Under the pieces are notes generated by a model. That model did not search any database. It was not told where the DNA came from and was given only the letters and a program-made list of their open reading frames with translations. From positions 148,175-212,174 of the forward strand of contig JAFATB010000026.1 of assembly GCA_019244185.1 (NCBI GenBank): a DNA stretch of 64,000 bases, given 5' to 3'. The translations under genes and the position numbers were made by a program. Below, piece by piece: positions 36,362 to 46,047 of this stretch. Position 1 is the stretch's first letter, and every line of letters starts with the position of its first letter. The DNA comes from Acidobacteriota bacterium (GTDB lineage Bacteria; Acidobacteriota; Thermoanaerobaculia; Gp7-AA8).

Positions 36362-37504
36362 GTGAAAACTGCTCGAATCGTTTGTGCAGCCGCGCTGCTG
36401 ATCGCGGCCTGCCGCCCCGGCCGCGAAGCCCAAACGGCGGCCCCGACAGGGGATATTCCAGTGGGCGTCTTCGCTGCGCTCACCGGTTCCGAAGCCTCGT
36501 TCGGCAACGCCACCGTGTCCGGCGTGAAGCTCGCCGCCGACGAGATCAACGCCTCCGGCGGCATCCTCGGACGCAAGATTCGCCTCGTCGTCGAAGACGA
36601 TCAGGGGAAGGCGGAAGAAGCGGCGTCGGTGGTCACGAAGCTCATCACGAGCGACGACGTCGTGGCGCTGATCGGCGAGAACTCGTCGAACCAGTCGCTC
36701 GCGGCCGCGCCGATCGCGCAGTCGAGCCGCGTGCCGATGATCTCGCCGTCGTCGACGAATCCCGCGGTCACGCAGAAGGGCGACTACATCTTCCGCGTTT
36801 GCTTCACGGATCCCTATCAGGGGAAGGCGCTCGCGGCGTTCGTGCGCAACAACCTGAAGCTCGAGAACGCGGCGGTGCTGCTCGACAAGAAGAACGACTA
36901 CTCCGTCGGCCTCGCGGAGTTCTTCACCAAGGAATTCGTGGCAATGGGCGGCAAGATCGTCGCGACGCAGAGCTACACCGGCGGCGATACGGAGTTCCGC
37001 CCGCAGCTCACCGCCATCAAGCAGGCAAACCCGCAAGTGCTCTTCATCCCCGGCTTCTACACGGAAGTCGGACAGATCGCGATCCAGGCCCGCGACCTCG
37101 GCATCAACGTGCCGCTCGTCGGCGGCGACGGCTGGGACTCACCGTCCGTCGTGCAGATCGGCGGCAAGTCGATCGACGGCTCGTACTTTTCCGATCACTA
37201 CTTCGTCGGCGACCCGCGCCCCGCGGTGCAGACGTTCGTGCAGAAGATCCGCGCGCGCACCGGCAAGAACCCCGAGGCGAATGCCGCCCTCGGATACGAC
37301 GCGCTGCAGATGTTCGCGCTCGCGGCGAAACACGCCGGCTCGCTCGACCGCAAAGCCGTGCGCGACCAGCTCGCCGCGATGAAGGGATATCCAGGCATCT
37401 CCGGCACGATCACGATGGGAGCCGATCGGAATCCCATCAAGCCGGTGGCGATCATCAAGATCGACAACGGACAGATGACGTTCGCGGGGTGGGTGAGTCC
37501 GTAG
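36362..37504 (+). CDS. ABC transporter substrate-binding lipoprotein (branched-chain amino acid / LivK-like family)
   Basis: Lipobox LLIAAC, then IPVGVFAALTGSEASFGNATVSGVKLAADEINASGGILGRKIRLVVEDDQGK, typical of type I periplasmic binding proteins. Confidence 0.85.
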   Translation: MKTARIVCAAALLIAACRPGREAQTAAPTGDIPVGVFAALTGSEASFGNATVSGVKLAADEINASGGILGRKIRLVVEDDQGKAEEAASVVTKLITSDDVVALIGENSSNQSLAAAPIAQSSRVPMISPSSTNPAVTQKGDYIFRVCFTDPYQGKALAAFVRNNLKLENAAVLLDKKNDYSVGLAEFFTKEFVAMGGKIVATQSYTGGDTEFRPQLTAIKQANPQVLFIPGFYTEVGQIAIQARDLGINVPLVGGDGWDSPSVVQIGGKSIDGSYFSDHYFVGDPRPAVQTFVQKIRARTGKNPEANAALGYDALQMFALAAKHAGSLDRKAVRDQLAAMKGYPGISGTITMGADRNPIKPVAIIKIDNGQMTFAGWVSP

Positions 37505-37520
37505 CGCCTATACTCTCCGC

Positions 37521-37931
37521 ATGCGCAAATCGCTCGTCGTCCTCGCGTCGCTCGCGACTCTCGCCTTGCCGCTTTTCGCCGCCAGTCCGCAGAAGCACGG
37601 CAAGTGGCAGATCACGACGCAGGTCGAGATGCCGGGCGTGCCCGTGCAGGCGCCGCCGGTGACGCAGACGGTCTGTCTCACCGCCGCCGACGTCGAGAAT
37701 CCGCAAAAGTCGGTGCCGGCGGATGCGAATCACGACTGCAAAGTCAGCGACTACAAGATCGACGGCAACACGATCAGCTGGACGGTCAGCTGCCCGAAGA
37801 TGCAGGCCCTCGGTAGCGGCAAGATCACCTTCGCCGGCGACTCGTACAGCGGCGCGATGAAGCTGATGGTCCACGAGCACGAGATGTCGATGAAGTACAG
37901 CGGCAAGCGGCTCGGCGACTGCGACAAGTAG
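37521..37931 (+). CDS. small secreted protein, DUF3617-like
   Basis: Signal peptide, then GKWQITTQVEMPG...QTVCLT...DCKVSDYKIDGNTISWTVSC pattern. Confidence 0.65.
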   Translation: MRKSLVVLASLATLALPLFAASPQKHGKWQITTQVEMPGVPVQAPPVTQTVCLTAADVENPQKSVPADANHDCKVSDYKIDGNTISWTVSCPKMQALGSGKITFAGDSYSGAMKLMVHEHEMSMKYSGKRLGDCDK

Positions 37932-37953
37932 AGGCTGCCGTCAGCAGCGACGC

Positions 37954-40900
37954 TCACGGCATCCAGAAATCCCGCGGCCACAAACGCACGAGCTGCGTCT
38001 CCGCGCCGTCTGCCTTTTTCAGATATGACTCCCACGCGTCGAGCTGCTTGTCGGGGCCGATCGTGAAGTACACCGCGCCGGCGACGTCGGCGCCTTTCAC
38101 GTTGTAGCCCGGCAGCGCGCGGCCGTAGACGGCGTCCTTGCGATCGAAGAGCGTGTCGCCGAGGGCGGGGTCGTTGCGCAGGGCGAGAATCGAGGCGCGG
38201 AACTTCTTCACCTGCTCGGGCGGCTGATTGTCCGCGAGATCGTTGGCGATGCCTTCCGCGCGCGACTCGTACGTCGCGGCGGCGCGGCTCTCGCCGAACA
38301 CCTGCGCGACGGCGTAGTCGGCGAGGCGCGGGTCGCGCTGCGCGTTCTTCAGCGTGTCGACGACGAACTTCACCGTCTGCGGGATCTCCGGCGTGCGCTC
38401 GGCGTAGTAGCCGGCGCGTCCCGACTGCACGGTCGCGCGCAGGCCGTTGCTGTACGCGAGGCCGTTCGCCAGCGTCTTGAGGAAGATGCCGTGCGCGCCG
38501 TAGCCGGCGAAGAGGCGCGAGGCGAGGTAGTCAAGCTGTTTACCTTTGTCGTCGTAGTCGGAAAAGTGCGCCGACGGCACGGACGTGATGATCACGCCGC
38601 CTTTCATGTTCGGCGCGAGCAGGCCGATGTACGTGAACTTCGCGTTCGCGTCGCGGCCGAGGACGCGCGCGTCGACGAGACGCGTGCCGTCTGCCGCGAT
38701 CGGATTCGAGGGGCCGTTGCCGAGCGATGCCGTCAACAACTCGAGCGACGGGGCGAGCTGCTTGCCGAGGGACGTCGACGTGACGAGCCACATCCGCGCG
38801 CCGCTCTTCGCGAGGAGCTGCTTGCGCGCGGCGTCGAGGGCGGCGAGCGCCTGCGCCGGCGGCGTGAGCAGATCGTCACGCATCGCGGTAACGAGATACG
38901 TCCAGTCGGCGGCGAGGCTGCTGTCGGGAACATCGGTGAGCGTCAGCTCGAGATCCTTGCGCGCGTCCTGCGCAATCGGCTGCGCCGACGCGGAGAGCGC
39001 GCTCACGTTCTGCGCCGCGGCGAGCAGCGCCGCGCGGTCGCCTTTCTGCTGCGCGAGGTTCGTGAACCACTGCTGCAGCGCGTCGCGATCGGCGGCCGGC
39101 GCTTCCTTCAGCAGCCAGCGCAGGCGCAGCGCGTTGTGCGCGCGCGTGAGGAACGAGTCCGCCGCGAGAAACGCGGGGCTCGACTGCATCCGATACGCCG
39201 CCGCGGGGTTCTGCACCCACGACTCTTCCGAGCCCTGCATCGTGTTGCGCAGCGCGCTCAGCGACTGATCGACGACGTCGCGGATGCGCGCGAGATTCTC
39301 CGGCCGCCAGTCGGGATGCTGGAGGACGAGCGACATCCACTCGACCGCGCGCTTCGCCTCGCCGATGCCGATGCCGGAGCCCGACACGACGAGCTCGACG
39401 CGGTTCGTGCGCGGGTTCGTCGAGAAGCGCGCGTCGAGATCGAGGATCTCCTTGCGCAGCCGCTCCGACATCTCGTCGTACGACACCGGCTTGCCGTTCT
39501 CGATCACGCCGACTCGCGTCAAAAGAGCAGGCATGAGCGAGAGATAACGAAGCTGCTCGCGCGAGAGCGTGTCCGCGCGCAGGACTAGCGCGGCCGTCGC
39601 GCTGGACATGTTGTCGAACGTCGACGTGACCATCGGCACGCCGCTGCCGAGCTTCGACTGCGCGTAGTGCAGCGGATCGTCGAGCGTCATCGGCGGGTTC
39701 TTGATGAAGGCCGGCGGCGCGATCGACTTCGCCTCCTCTTCGATGTGCGCGGACTCCGCTTCCTGCTCGCCCTGATAGCGCTTCAGCGCGGCCTGCACGT
39801 CCGTCATCGAGTACTGCTTCGCGAGCCGCTGCGCCTCGGCCTCGGCGCGCGCGGTGCGCTCGCTCTCCTCGCGCTGCAGCAGGGCGGGACTCGGCTTCGC
39901 GGCGACGCCGTACGGCGTGACGTCGGTGAGCTGCCATTCGGCGAGCTTCGTCCGCCAGAGGTTCTTCCCCGACGCGAGCTGTTTGCGGATCGCGTCGAGC
40001 TGCGGCGCGAGCGTCACCGACTTGCGCGCGTCCGGCACGCGCTCGAGCAGCAGCAGCTGATCCATCCACGACGAGCGCGTGTTGCGGAAGCCGAACGACG
40101 GCGGCGTGTTGACGAAGTTCGCGAGCTGGCGCCGCGTGTCGATGAGCCGGTTCAGCACGCGCTCGTTGAATTCCTTCAGCTCCGGCGAGTCATCGCCGAA
40201 CGCGGCCACGCGCGCGAGCTCGTCCTGCACGCGCTTGCGCACCTCGGCGATCTTGTCGCTGGTCAGACTCGCGACCGCGACGTTGTCGAGGATGAGCGAG
40301 AACTGCTCCCCCTGATCGCGCTCCACATTGTTGAAGACGCCGGTCGCGCCGGTCTCCATCACGCGCGTCTTGCTGTCGACGAAGAGCTTGTAGAGGTTCG
40401 TCGTCGCGTCGCCGGCGAAGCTGTCGGCGAAGAGCTCGAGCAGGATCGCGTCCTGCGCGGAGAGATTGACGCGCGTCGCCGGCCAGACCAGTGCGAGAGG
40501 GCTCGGCTGCTGGTCGTTGCGGAACGGATACTCGTCGATGCGGATCGTGCCCGTCGCCGCGGCTTGCGGCGCGGGGAGTGGCTTCGCTGTCGTCGACGGC
40601 CGCGACTGCGGCTCCGTCTCGACTTTGGTCAAGATGTTGTCCGTCCGGCTGAGGATCTCGGAAATGGGAACGCTCTTCGGGAAGGCGACGATGGTGCCCA
40701 TGTTGCCGAGGTAGTAGTTCGCGGCGTGGAAGGCCCGGATGTCGGACGGCTGCATCGTGCGGATGCCGGACGGCTCGCCGCCGGAGTTGTACGCGAGCGG
40801 ATGCTGCGCGCCGTAGGTGAGCAGGCCCGCCTCGCGGAAGAGAACGCGGTAGCGGTTCGCGCTGGAGCTGGTCATCTCGTTGTAGACCGAGCCCTTTTCC

Positions 40901-41439
40901 TCGAGCCGCAGCGTGCCGTCGGGATTCGACGTGACGCCGAAGTTGCGCACCTCGCGGCGGATCTCGACGTCGGTGTAGTTGGGATGCAGGAGCGCGTTGA
41001 GCTGCGCGCCGAAGAGATCGAAGAAGACGTCTTTGCCGGCGGTGGTGTTGAAGTGATAGCTCGTGCGCCACTGCTGCGTGAACGCGTTCGAGCCGGAGAG
41101 CCACATCGTGTCGAGCCCCGCGAACGCGCGGCCGGTCGTGCCCTTGCCGAGGAGGAGATGCTCCTGCGTGTGCGGCTCGCCCTGATCGCCGACCGGAATC
41201 GAGTTCACCCACGTGTAGCCCTGCGGCACCGACTCGATCTGCAGATAGTCGAGCGTGAAGCCGCTGCGCTTGTGGATGAAGCGCGCGCCGAGCGGCTGCC
41301 CCGCGTCGTCGAGGTACACCGCCTCGACGCGGAACCCGTCCGCGACGTCGCCTTTCTTCAGCTTGTCGAGCGAGAGATCGGCCGCGAATGCGGACAGCGT
41401 GACGAGAGCGGAGGCGAGCAGAAGAGCGGACATGCGCAT
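37954..41439 (-). CDS. large M16-family (insulinase/PreP-like) zinc metallopeptidase
   Basis: Signal peptide, an HxxEH zinc motif (HTQEHLLLGKGT), and 1161 aa of repeated M16-like halves. Confidence 0.85.
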   Translation of the reverse strand: MRMSALLLASALVTLSAFAADLSLDKLKKGDVADGFRVEAVYLDDAGQPLGARFIHKRSGFTLDYLQIESVPQGYTWVNSIPVGDQGEPHTQEHLLLGKGTTGRAFAGLDTMWLSGSNAFTQQWRTSYHFNTTAGKDVFFDLFGAQLNALLHPNYTDVEIRREVRNFGVTSNPDGTLRLEEKGSVYNEMTSSSANRYRVLFREAGLLTYGAQHPLAYNSGGEPSGIRTMQPSDIRAFHAANYYLGNMGTIVAFPKSVPISEILSRTDNILTKVETEPQSRPSTTAKPLPAPQAAATGTIRIDEYPFRNDQQPSPLALVWPATRVNLSAQDAILLELFADSFAGDATTNLYKLFVDSKTRVMETGATGVFNNVERDQGEQFSLILDNVAVASLTSDKIAEVRKRVQDELARVAAFGDDSPELKEFNERVLNRLIDTRRQLANFVNTPPSFGFRNTRSSWMDQLLLLERVPDARKSVTLAPQLDAIRKQLASGKNLWRTKLAEWQLTDVTPYGVAAKPSPALLQREESERTARAEAEAQRLAKQYSMTDVQAALKRYQGEQEAESAHIEEEAKSIAPPAFIKNPPMTLDDPLHYAQSKLGSGVPMVTSTFDNMSSATAALVLRADTLSREQLRYLSLMPALLTRVGVIENGKPVSYDEMSERLRKEILDLDARFSTNPRTNRVELVVSGSGIGIGEAKRAVEWMSLVLQHPDWRPENLARIRDVVDQSLSALRNTMQGSEESWVQNPAAAYRMQSSPAFLAADSFLTRAHNALRLRWLLKEAPAADRDALQQWFTNLAQQKGDRAALLAAAQNVSALSASAQPIAQDARKDLELTLTDVPDSSLAADWTYLVTAMRDDLLTPPAQALAALDAARKQLLAKSGARMWLVTSTSLGKQLAPSLELLTASLGNGPSNPIAADGTRLVDARVLGRDANAKFTYIGLLAPNMKGGVIITSVPSAHFSDYDDKGKQLDYLASRLFAGYGAHGIFLKTLANGLAYSNGLRATVQSGRAGYYAERTPEIPQTVKFVVDTLKNAQRDPRLADYAVAQVFGESRAAATYESRAEGIANDLADNQPPEQVKKFRASILALRNDPALGDTLFDRKDAVYGRALPGYNVKGADVAGAVYFTIGPDKQLDAWESYLKKADGAETQLVRLWPRDFWMP

Positions 41440-41499
41440 GGCGGCCGGAGTGTACTCCGCGCGCAGATGTGGGTTAGGTGAATTCAGGAAGACATGAGA

Positions 41500-42336
41500 T
41501 CACTTCCCCTTCGCCCCCTCCACCCGCGGCAACAGCACATCCCGCACATACTGCCAATCCGGCACGAGCCGCAGCGCCTCGCGCGCCTCGGCGCGCGCGG
41601 CGGGGAGATCGGGCGGGGTGGCGTTGACGTGCGCGTACGCGAGCGCCATGAGCGACTCCGGTTTGCCCCAGTCGGGGAGGGGGGAGTGGGAGGGCGGGGG
41701 CGCGAGCTGCACGGCGCGTTGATAGAGCTCGATCGCTTTCGGTACATCGCCGCCGATCGAGGCGGGCTTGAAGAGGAGGTCGCCGCCGGCGACCCAGAGG
41801 ACGCGGGGGTTGTCGGGCTCCAGCTCGCGGGCGCGGGCGAGGAGGCGGGCGGCGCGGGTGAAGCGCTCGCGCATCACCGCCGGGTCGTCGCGCAGGAGGT
41901 TGCCGAGCCAGCCGTTGACCGATGACGCGGCGGCGTAGGCATCGGCGAAGTCGGTGCGCTGGAGCATTGCGGCTTCGAACTCCGCGTCCGCTTCGATGAG
42001 GCGCGTCTGCAGGTCGCGGACGCTCATGTGGTGATTGGCGCCGTTGATCGCCGCGCGCCAGCTCGCGTAGCCGGACCAGTAGTGCGCGAGGTAGCCGAGC
42101 TCGGGATCGTCGACGAGCGGCGCGAGCTCGCGGCGGAGGCGCAGCAGGCCGGCGATGTCGGCGCGATAGTCGGCGCGCATGGCGCGCTCCTTCACGGTCA
42201 TGAGACGCGCGCGTACGGCGGCCGCGTTCGACGACGCCGTGGCCGCGGGTGCGAACGCGCAGCTGGTCAGCTTCGCGACGAACCGCGGGTCTTCGAAGAT
42301 GAGCAGCAGCATGACGGCGCACGCGACCGATCTCAT
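41500..42336 (-). CDS. secreted helical-repeat (TPR-like) hypothetical protein
   Basis: Signal peptide and a helical Ala/Leu/Arg-rich sequence. 4-nt overlap with the upstream VOC gene. Confidence 0.55.
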   Translation of the reverse strand: MRSVACAVMLLLIFEDPRFVAKLTSCAFAPAATASSNAAAVRARLMTVKERAMRADYRADIAGLLRLRRELAPLVDDPELGYLAHYWSGYASWRAAINGANHHMSVRDLQTRLIEADAEFEAAMLQRTDFADAYAAASSVNGWLGNLLRDDPAVMRERFTRAARLLARARELEPDNPRVLWVAGGDLLFKPASIGGDVPKAIELYQRAVQLAPPPSHSPLPDWGKPESLMALAYAHVNATPPDLPAARAEAREALRLVPDWQYVRDVLLPRVEGAKGK

Positions 42337-42698
42337 TGCGCGCCTCCGCGCTGCCAGATGCCGAAGACGCGGCGGTCGGGATCCTCGAACAGCGCCAGCG
42401 CGCCCATGTTCGGGATCTCCATGCGCGGCACGAGCGTCGTCCCGCCGGCCGCCTCGATCTTCGCGCGATACGCGTCGAGATCATCGACGTCGATGTACAG
42501 CGCGAGGTTGCCGGGCCACGGCCCGTCCTGCGGCGTGGTAATGCCGCCGTTGATGCCGTTCTCCGCGCGCGTGTCGACGAGGCGGTAGTTCAGCGCCTCG
42601 ATGAACGTCACTTCCCAGTCGAAGACGTCCGCGTAAAAGCGTCCGACCTTCTCCGGATCCTTGGACCATAGTTCCCAATGCACGACCGGTTTGCCCAC
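42333..42698 (-). CDS. VOC / glyoxalase-family protein
   Basis: VVHWELWSKDPEKVGRFYADVFDWEV...GNLALYIDVDDLDAYRAKIEAAGG...ALFEDPDRRVFGIWQ. GTG start at 42696-42698 with AAAGGAG upstream. Confidence 0.75.
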   Translation of the reverse strand: MGKPVVHWELWSKDPEKVGRFYADVFDWEVTFIEALNYRLVDTRAENGINGGITTPQDGPWPGNLALYIDVDDLDAYRAKIEAAGGTTLVPRMEIPNMGALALFEDPDRRVFGIWQRGGAQ

Positions 42699-42834
42699 GT
42701 CTGCTCCTTTCGATTTCGCGCAAACGGTGAGGCCGCGGCGGACGTCCGCCAACGACTTTTCGGCGGACGCGCGCGACGGCTCGGCGAATCGACCGGAGCG
42801 CCTGCACGTGGCGAGCTACCATGAGCCAGCGCTC

Positions 42835-43896
42835 ATGCTCGTCCGCACGCTGCTTCGAAATCTCGCACTGCTCGTCGCCGCGTGGCTGCCGTTTTTCTCG
42901 TTGTGGGTCTTCTTCGCGGCCGCGTACGGGCATCAATCGGTCGGCGCGGCGTCGTATCTCGCCTTCTACACGATCGGCAGCGCCGCCTTTCTCGGCCTCG
43001 GCGTCTGGTACTACTGCGCGGCTTACCGCTGGCCGCAAGAGGTGCGCATCGGCTTCTACGCGCGTCACCTGGCCATGGCGTCGCTGTACTCCGCGTTGTG
43101 GATCCTGGCCACGTACTGGATCGGCAGTCTCCGCTTTCACGAATCGCTGTGGCATTCCATCGTCACCTCGCAGATCCTCGGCTGGCAGTTCGTGATGGGC
43201 GTGTGGCTCTACGGCCTCGTCGCCGGCGTGACCTACGCGATGCAGACGCGCGAGTGGGCGACGCGCGCGGAGATCCGCGCCGCGCGCGCGGAGGCGGCGC
43301 TGCACGAGGCGCGGCTCGAGGCGCTGCGCAACCGCCTGCATCCGCACTTTCTGTTCAACGCGCTGCACACCGTCGCCGCGCTCGTGCGCGAAGACGCCAC
43401 GCGCGCCGAGAACGCGGTTGACAAGCTCGGCGAGCTGCTGCGCTACACGCTCAGCGAAGAGCGCGACGTCGTGCCGCTGCGCGAGGAGTGGGAGCTGACG
43501 CGGCGCTATCTCGAGTTCGAGCAGCTGCGTTACGAGGAGCTCCTGCGCGTGAAGGCGGAGATCCAGTTGGAATCGCTCGCCTGCGCCGTGCCGTCGTTCG
43601 CCGTGCAGACGCTGGTCGAGAACGCGGTGCGGCACTCGATCGCCACGCGCACGACCGGAGGCCACGTCGAGGTCTCCGCGATCGTGAGCGACGGACGCCT
43701 GCGCGTCATCGTGCGCGACGACGGCTCCGGCGCCGGCGGCGACGCCGGCATGCGCTCCGGCTTGCGCACGCTGCGCGAACGCCTCGCCGCCGTTCACGGC
43801 AACGACGCGCAGGTGACGTCGCGCACGGCGGCGGGGGAGTACGAGGCCGGCTTCTCGATCCCGTGCGCGCGCGCCGCGGAGCCGGTCGATGACTGA
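42835..43896 (+). CDS. LytS/YehU-type sensor histidine kinase
   Basis: Multi-TM N-terminus, then LHPHFLFNALHTVAALV (His_kinase/PF06580-type H box) and an HATPase region (VQTLVENAVRHS...DDGSG). Confidence 0.8.
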   Translation: MLVRTLLRNLALLVAAWLPFFSLWVFFAAAYGHQSVGAASYLAFYTIGSAAFLGLGVWYYCAAYRWPQEVRIGFYARHLAMASLYSALWILATYWIGSLRFHESLWHSIVTSQILGWQFVMGVWLYGLVAGVTYAMQTREWATRAEIRAARAEAALHEARLEALRNRLHPHFLFNALHTVAALVREDATRAENAVDKLGELLRYTLSEERDVVPLREEWELTRRYLEFEQLRYEELLRVKAEIQLESLACAVPSFAVQTLVENAVRHSIATRTTGGHVEVSAIVSDGRLRVIVRDDGSGAGGDAGMRSGLRTLRERLAAVHGNDAQVTSRTAAGEYEAGFSIPCARAAEPVDD

Positions 43897-44647
43897 CGCG
43901 GTACGCGTCGTTATCGCTGACGACGAGCCGCTCGCGCGGCGCGCGTTGCGCGAGCACCTGCGCCACGTCGACTGGGTCGGTCGCGTCGACGAAGCGGCGG
44001 ACGGCTTGTCCGCCGTGCGCCTCGTCGACGAGCTGCGCCCCGATCTCGTCTTCCTCGACGTCGTGATGCCGGGGCTCTCCGGCGTCGAAGCGGCGGAGCA
44101 GTTCGCGCACCGGCCGCACATCATCTTCACCACCGCGTACGACCGCTACGCCGTGACCGCGTTCGAGCTCGGCGCGCTCGACTATCTCCTCAAGCCGTTC
44201 GGACGCGAGCGCGTTCTCGGCGTGCTCGATCGCGCGCGCGTCGCCCTGCAGCACGGCGTCCCGCGCATCGCCGCGCGCGCCAGTCAGGTGCTGCGGCAGT
44301 CGATGCCCGTGTCGTCGATCTACGTCAAGGAACGCGGGCGGCTCCTGCGCATCCCAGCCGATCGCGTGCAGCGGCTCGAGGCGTGCGACGACTACGTCGC
44401 GGTGCACGCCGACGGGAAGCGCCACCTCATGAACGCGCGCCTCGGCGATCTGCACGCGCGGCTCGATCCCGCGCGTTTCGTGCGCGTGCATCGCTCGCAC
44501 GTCATCAACGTCGACTTCATCGACGCCGTCGAAACCGGCAACGGCTCGCGGCTCGTGGTCGTGCTGCGCGACGCCACGTGCGTCACCGCGAGCCGCAGCG
44601 GCTCCGCGCAACTGCGCTCGCTCGTCGTGGCGGGTGTCGAACGATAA
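43889..44647 (+). CDS. LytTR-family response regulator
   Basis: Receiver domain (VVIADDEPLAR...LDVVMPGLSG...KPF) plus a LytTR DNA-binding domain (YVAVHADGKRHLMNARLGDLHARLDPARFVRVHRSHVIN). 8-nt overlap with the kinase gene. Confidence 0.9.
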   Translation: MTDAVRVVIADDEPLARRALREHLRHVDWVGRVDEAADGLSAVRLVDELRPDLVFLDVVMPGLSGVEAAEQFAHRPHIIFTTAYDRYAVTAFELGALDYLLKPFGRERVLGVLDRARVALQHGVPRIAARASQVLRQSMPVSSIYVKERGRLLRIPADRVQRLEACDDYVAVHADGKRHLMNARLGDLHARLDPARFVRVHRSHVINVDFIDAVETGNGSRLVVVLRDATCVTASRSGSAQLRSLVVAGVER

Positions 44648-44680
44648 AGAAACGCGATCGAGGAAACGACCGCGACCGCG

Positions 44681-45163
44681 CTACGGCGTCGGCGTCCGCC
44701 GCGCGCGATCCGCCAGCGCGAGCTGCGCGACCATCAGCAGCATGCCGGTGTCGCGGAAGAGCACAAAGCGCATGTCGGCGAGGCGTTCCTCGTACGTGCG
44801 GCCGGCGGCGGAGACGTCGAAGCAGCCGCAGTCGATGGCGTTGCCACGGGCGAGGTTGATCGTGATGGCGACCATGAAGGTGACGAGGAGCGCGGTGATG
44901 ATCCAGCGCGCGGCGCGCGTCCAGACGCCGAGGATGAGGGCGAGGCCGGCGAAGAGCTCGACCCACGGCATCGTGATCGCGGCGAGGTTGATGAAGCCGC
45001 CGGGAAGGATGCGGTAGTTGTAGATCATGTGGGCGAACGCGGGCGGGTCGGCGATCTTCGGCAGCGCGGCGACGACGAAGATCGCGCCGAGGGCGAGCTG
45101 CACGCGGATGGTGAGCCAGGGATGCGTGAGGCGTTCACGCCAGGTCAGCTCTCGAAACCCCAT
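44681..45163 (-). CDS. MauE/DoxX-family membrane protein
   Basis: Four TM helices, KIADPPAFAHMIYNYRILP and a CGCF motif. Start at MGFRELT (ATG 45161-45163). Confidence 0.7.
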   Translation of the reverse strand: MGFRELTWRERLTHPWLTIRVQLALGAIFVVAALPKIADPPAFAHMIYNYRILPGGFINLAAITMPWVELFAGLALILGVWTRAARWIITALLVTFMVAITINLARGNAIDCGCFDVSAAGRTYEERLADMRFVLFRDTGMLLMVAQLALADRARRTPTP

Positions 45164-45981
45164 CAGGGCTGCGCTCCCGTGTGCACCGGAAGGCCGCGCT
45201 TCTGCCAGTCCGGAAAGCCGTCCTTGTAGACGTACACGTTGTTGAACTGGATGCCCCACAGCTTCTCGGCGAGCATGTGCGAGTCCTCGCATACGCCGCC
45301 GGAGCAGTAGACGACGATGGGAAGGTTCTGCTCGCGCGGATCGCTGCGCTCGTTGAAGAGCGCGTTGACCTTCTCGTCGATGTCGGACTCCCACACCGAA
45401 TACGAGCGTGCGCCGGGGATGTGGCCGTCGGCGAAGACGGAGGAGCGGCGCGCGTCGAGGAACAGCACGCCTTTGTCGTGGAGGAGCGCGGCTTCGTCGC
45501 CGCCGATCTCGACGTACGCATTCGACGGATGCGGCGCGTACTTCGCGAGCGCGTCGGCGGCGGGCGGGGCGGGGGCGGACTTGGATGCGGGCGGTGTCGA
45601 CGACTTTGGTGCAGTGGTCGTCGTCGCCGGCGGCGCGGTGGTGGTGGGCGGAGTCGGAGTCGTGCGCGCGATGGTGGTTGTCGCGACAGTCGTCGTCGTT
45701 GTCGTCAGCGGCGCGGTGGTCGTCGTCGATGGCGCGTCGCTCGTCGTCAGCGGCGCACCGGTGGTCGTCGTTGCCGAAGTCGTCGCGATCGTCGCGGTGG
45801 TCTGCACCGGCGTCGACGGCGGTGTCGCCGCCTCGTGCGGCGGCACGCGCAGCGCGCCGGGGTAGTAGCCGGGCAGCATCAGCTTCCGCGTGCGCGAGGC
45901 GAAACCGTTCGCGACGATGGCGAAGACGAGCGCGGCGGCGATGAGGGCGACGGCCTGCAGCAGTGGATGGCGGATCGGCAT
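45163..45981 (-). CDS. membrane-anchored rhodanese-domain protein with Thr/Pro-rich linker
   Basis: N-terminal TM, roughly 100 aa of T/P/A low complexity, then a rhodanese fold (FLDARRSSVFADGHIPGARS...VVYCSGGVCEDSH). Confidence 0.8.
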   Translation of the reverse strand: MPIRHPLLQAVALIAAALVFAIVANGFASRTRKLMLPGYYPGALRVPPHEAATPPSTPVQTTATIATTSATTTTGAPLTTSDAPSTTTTAPLTTTTTTVATTTIARTTPTPPTTTAPPATTTTAPKSSTPPASKSAPAPPAADALAKYAPHPSNAYVEIGGDEAALLHDKGVLFLDARRSSVFADGHIPGARSYSVWESDIDEKVNALFNERSDPREQNLPIVVYCSGGVCEDSHMLAEKLWGIQFNNVYVYKDGFPDWQKRGLPVHTGAQP

Positions 45982-46047
45982 TCGAGGTCTAGGACGCGCG
46001 TGGCGGTGCGCGCGTTTCGCATCCTAGCGGGTTCCGTCCGCGACGCG

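Noticed and set aside
42736-42769. CGGCGGACG repeated twice upstream of the first LytS-type kinase gene, as a possible LytTR box.
   Set aside because: The start-to-start spacing is 25 bp, not 21-22. The motif is pure GC-rich sequence likely to recur by chance, and the first copy is part of a local palindrome (GCGGACGTCCGC).
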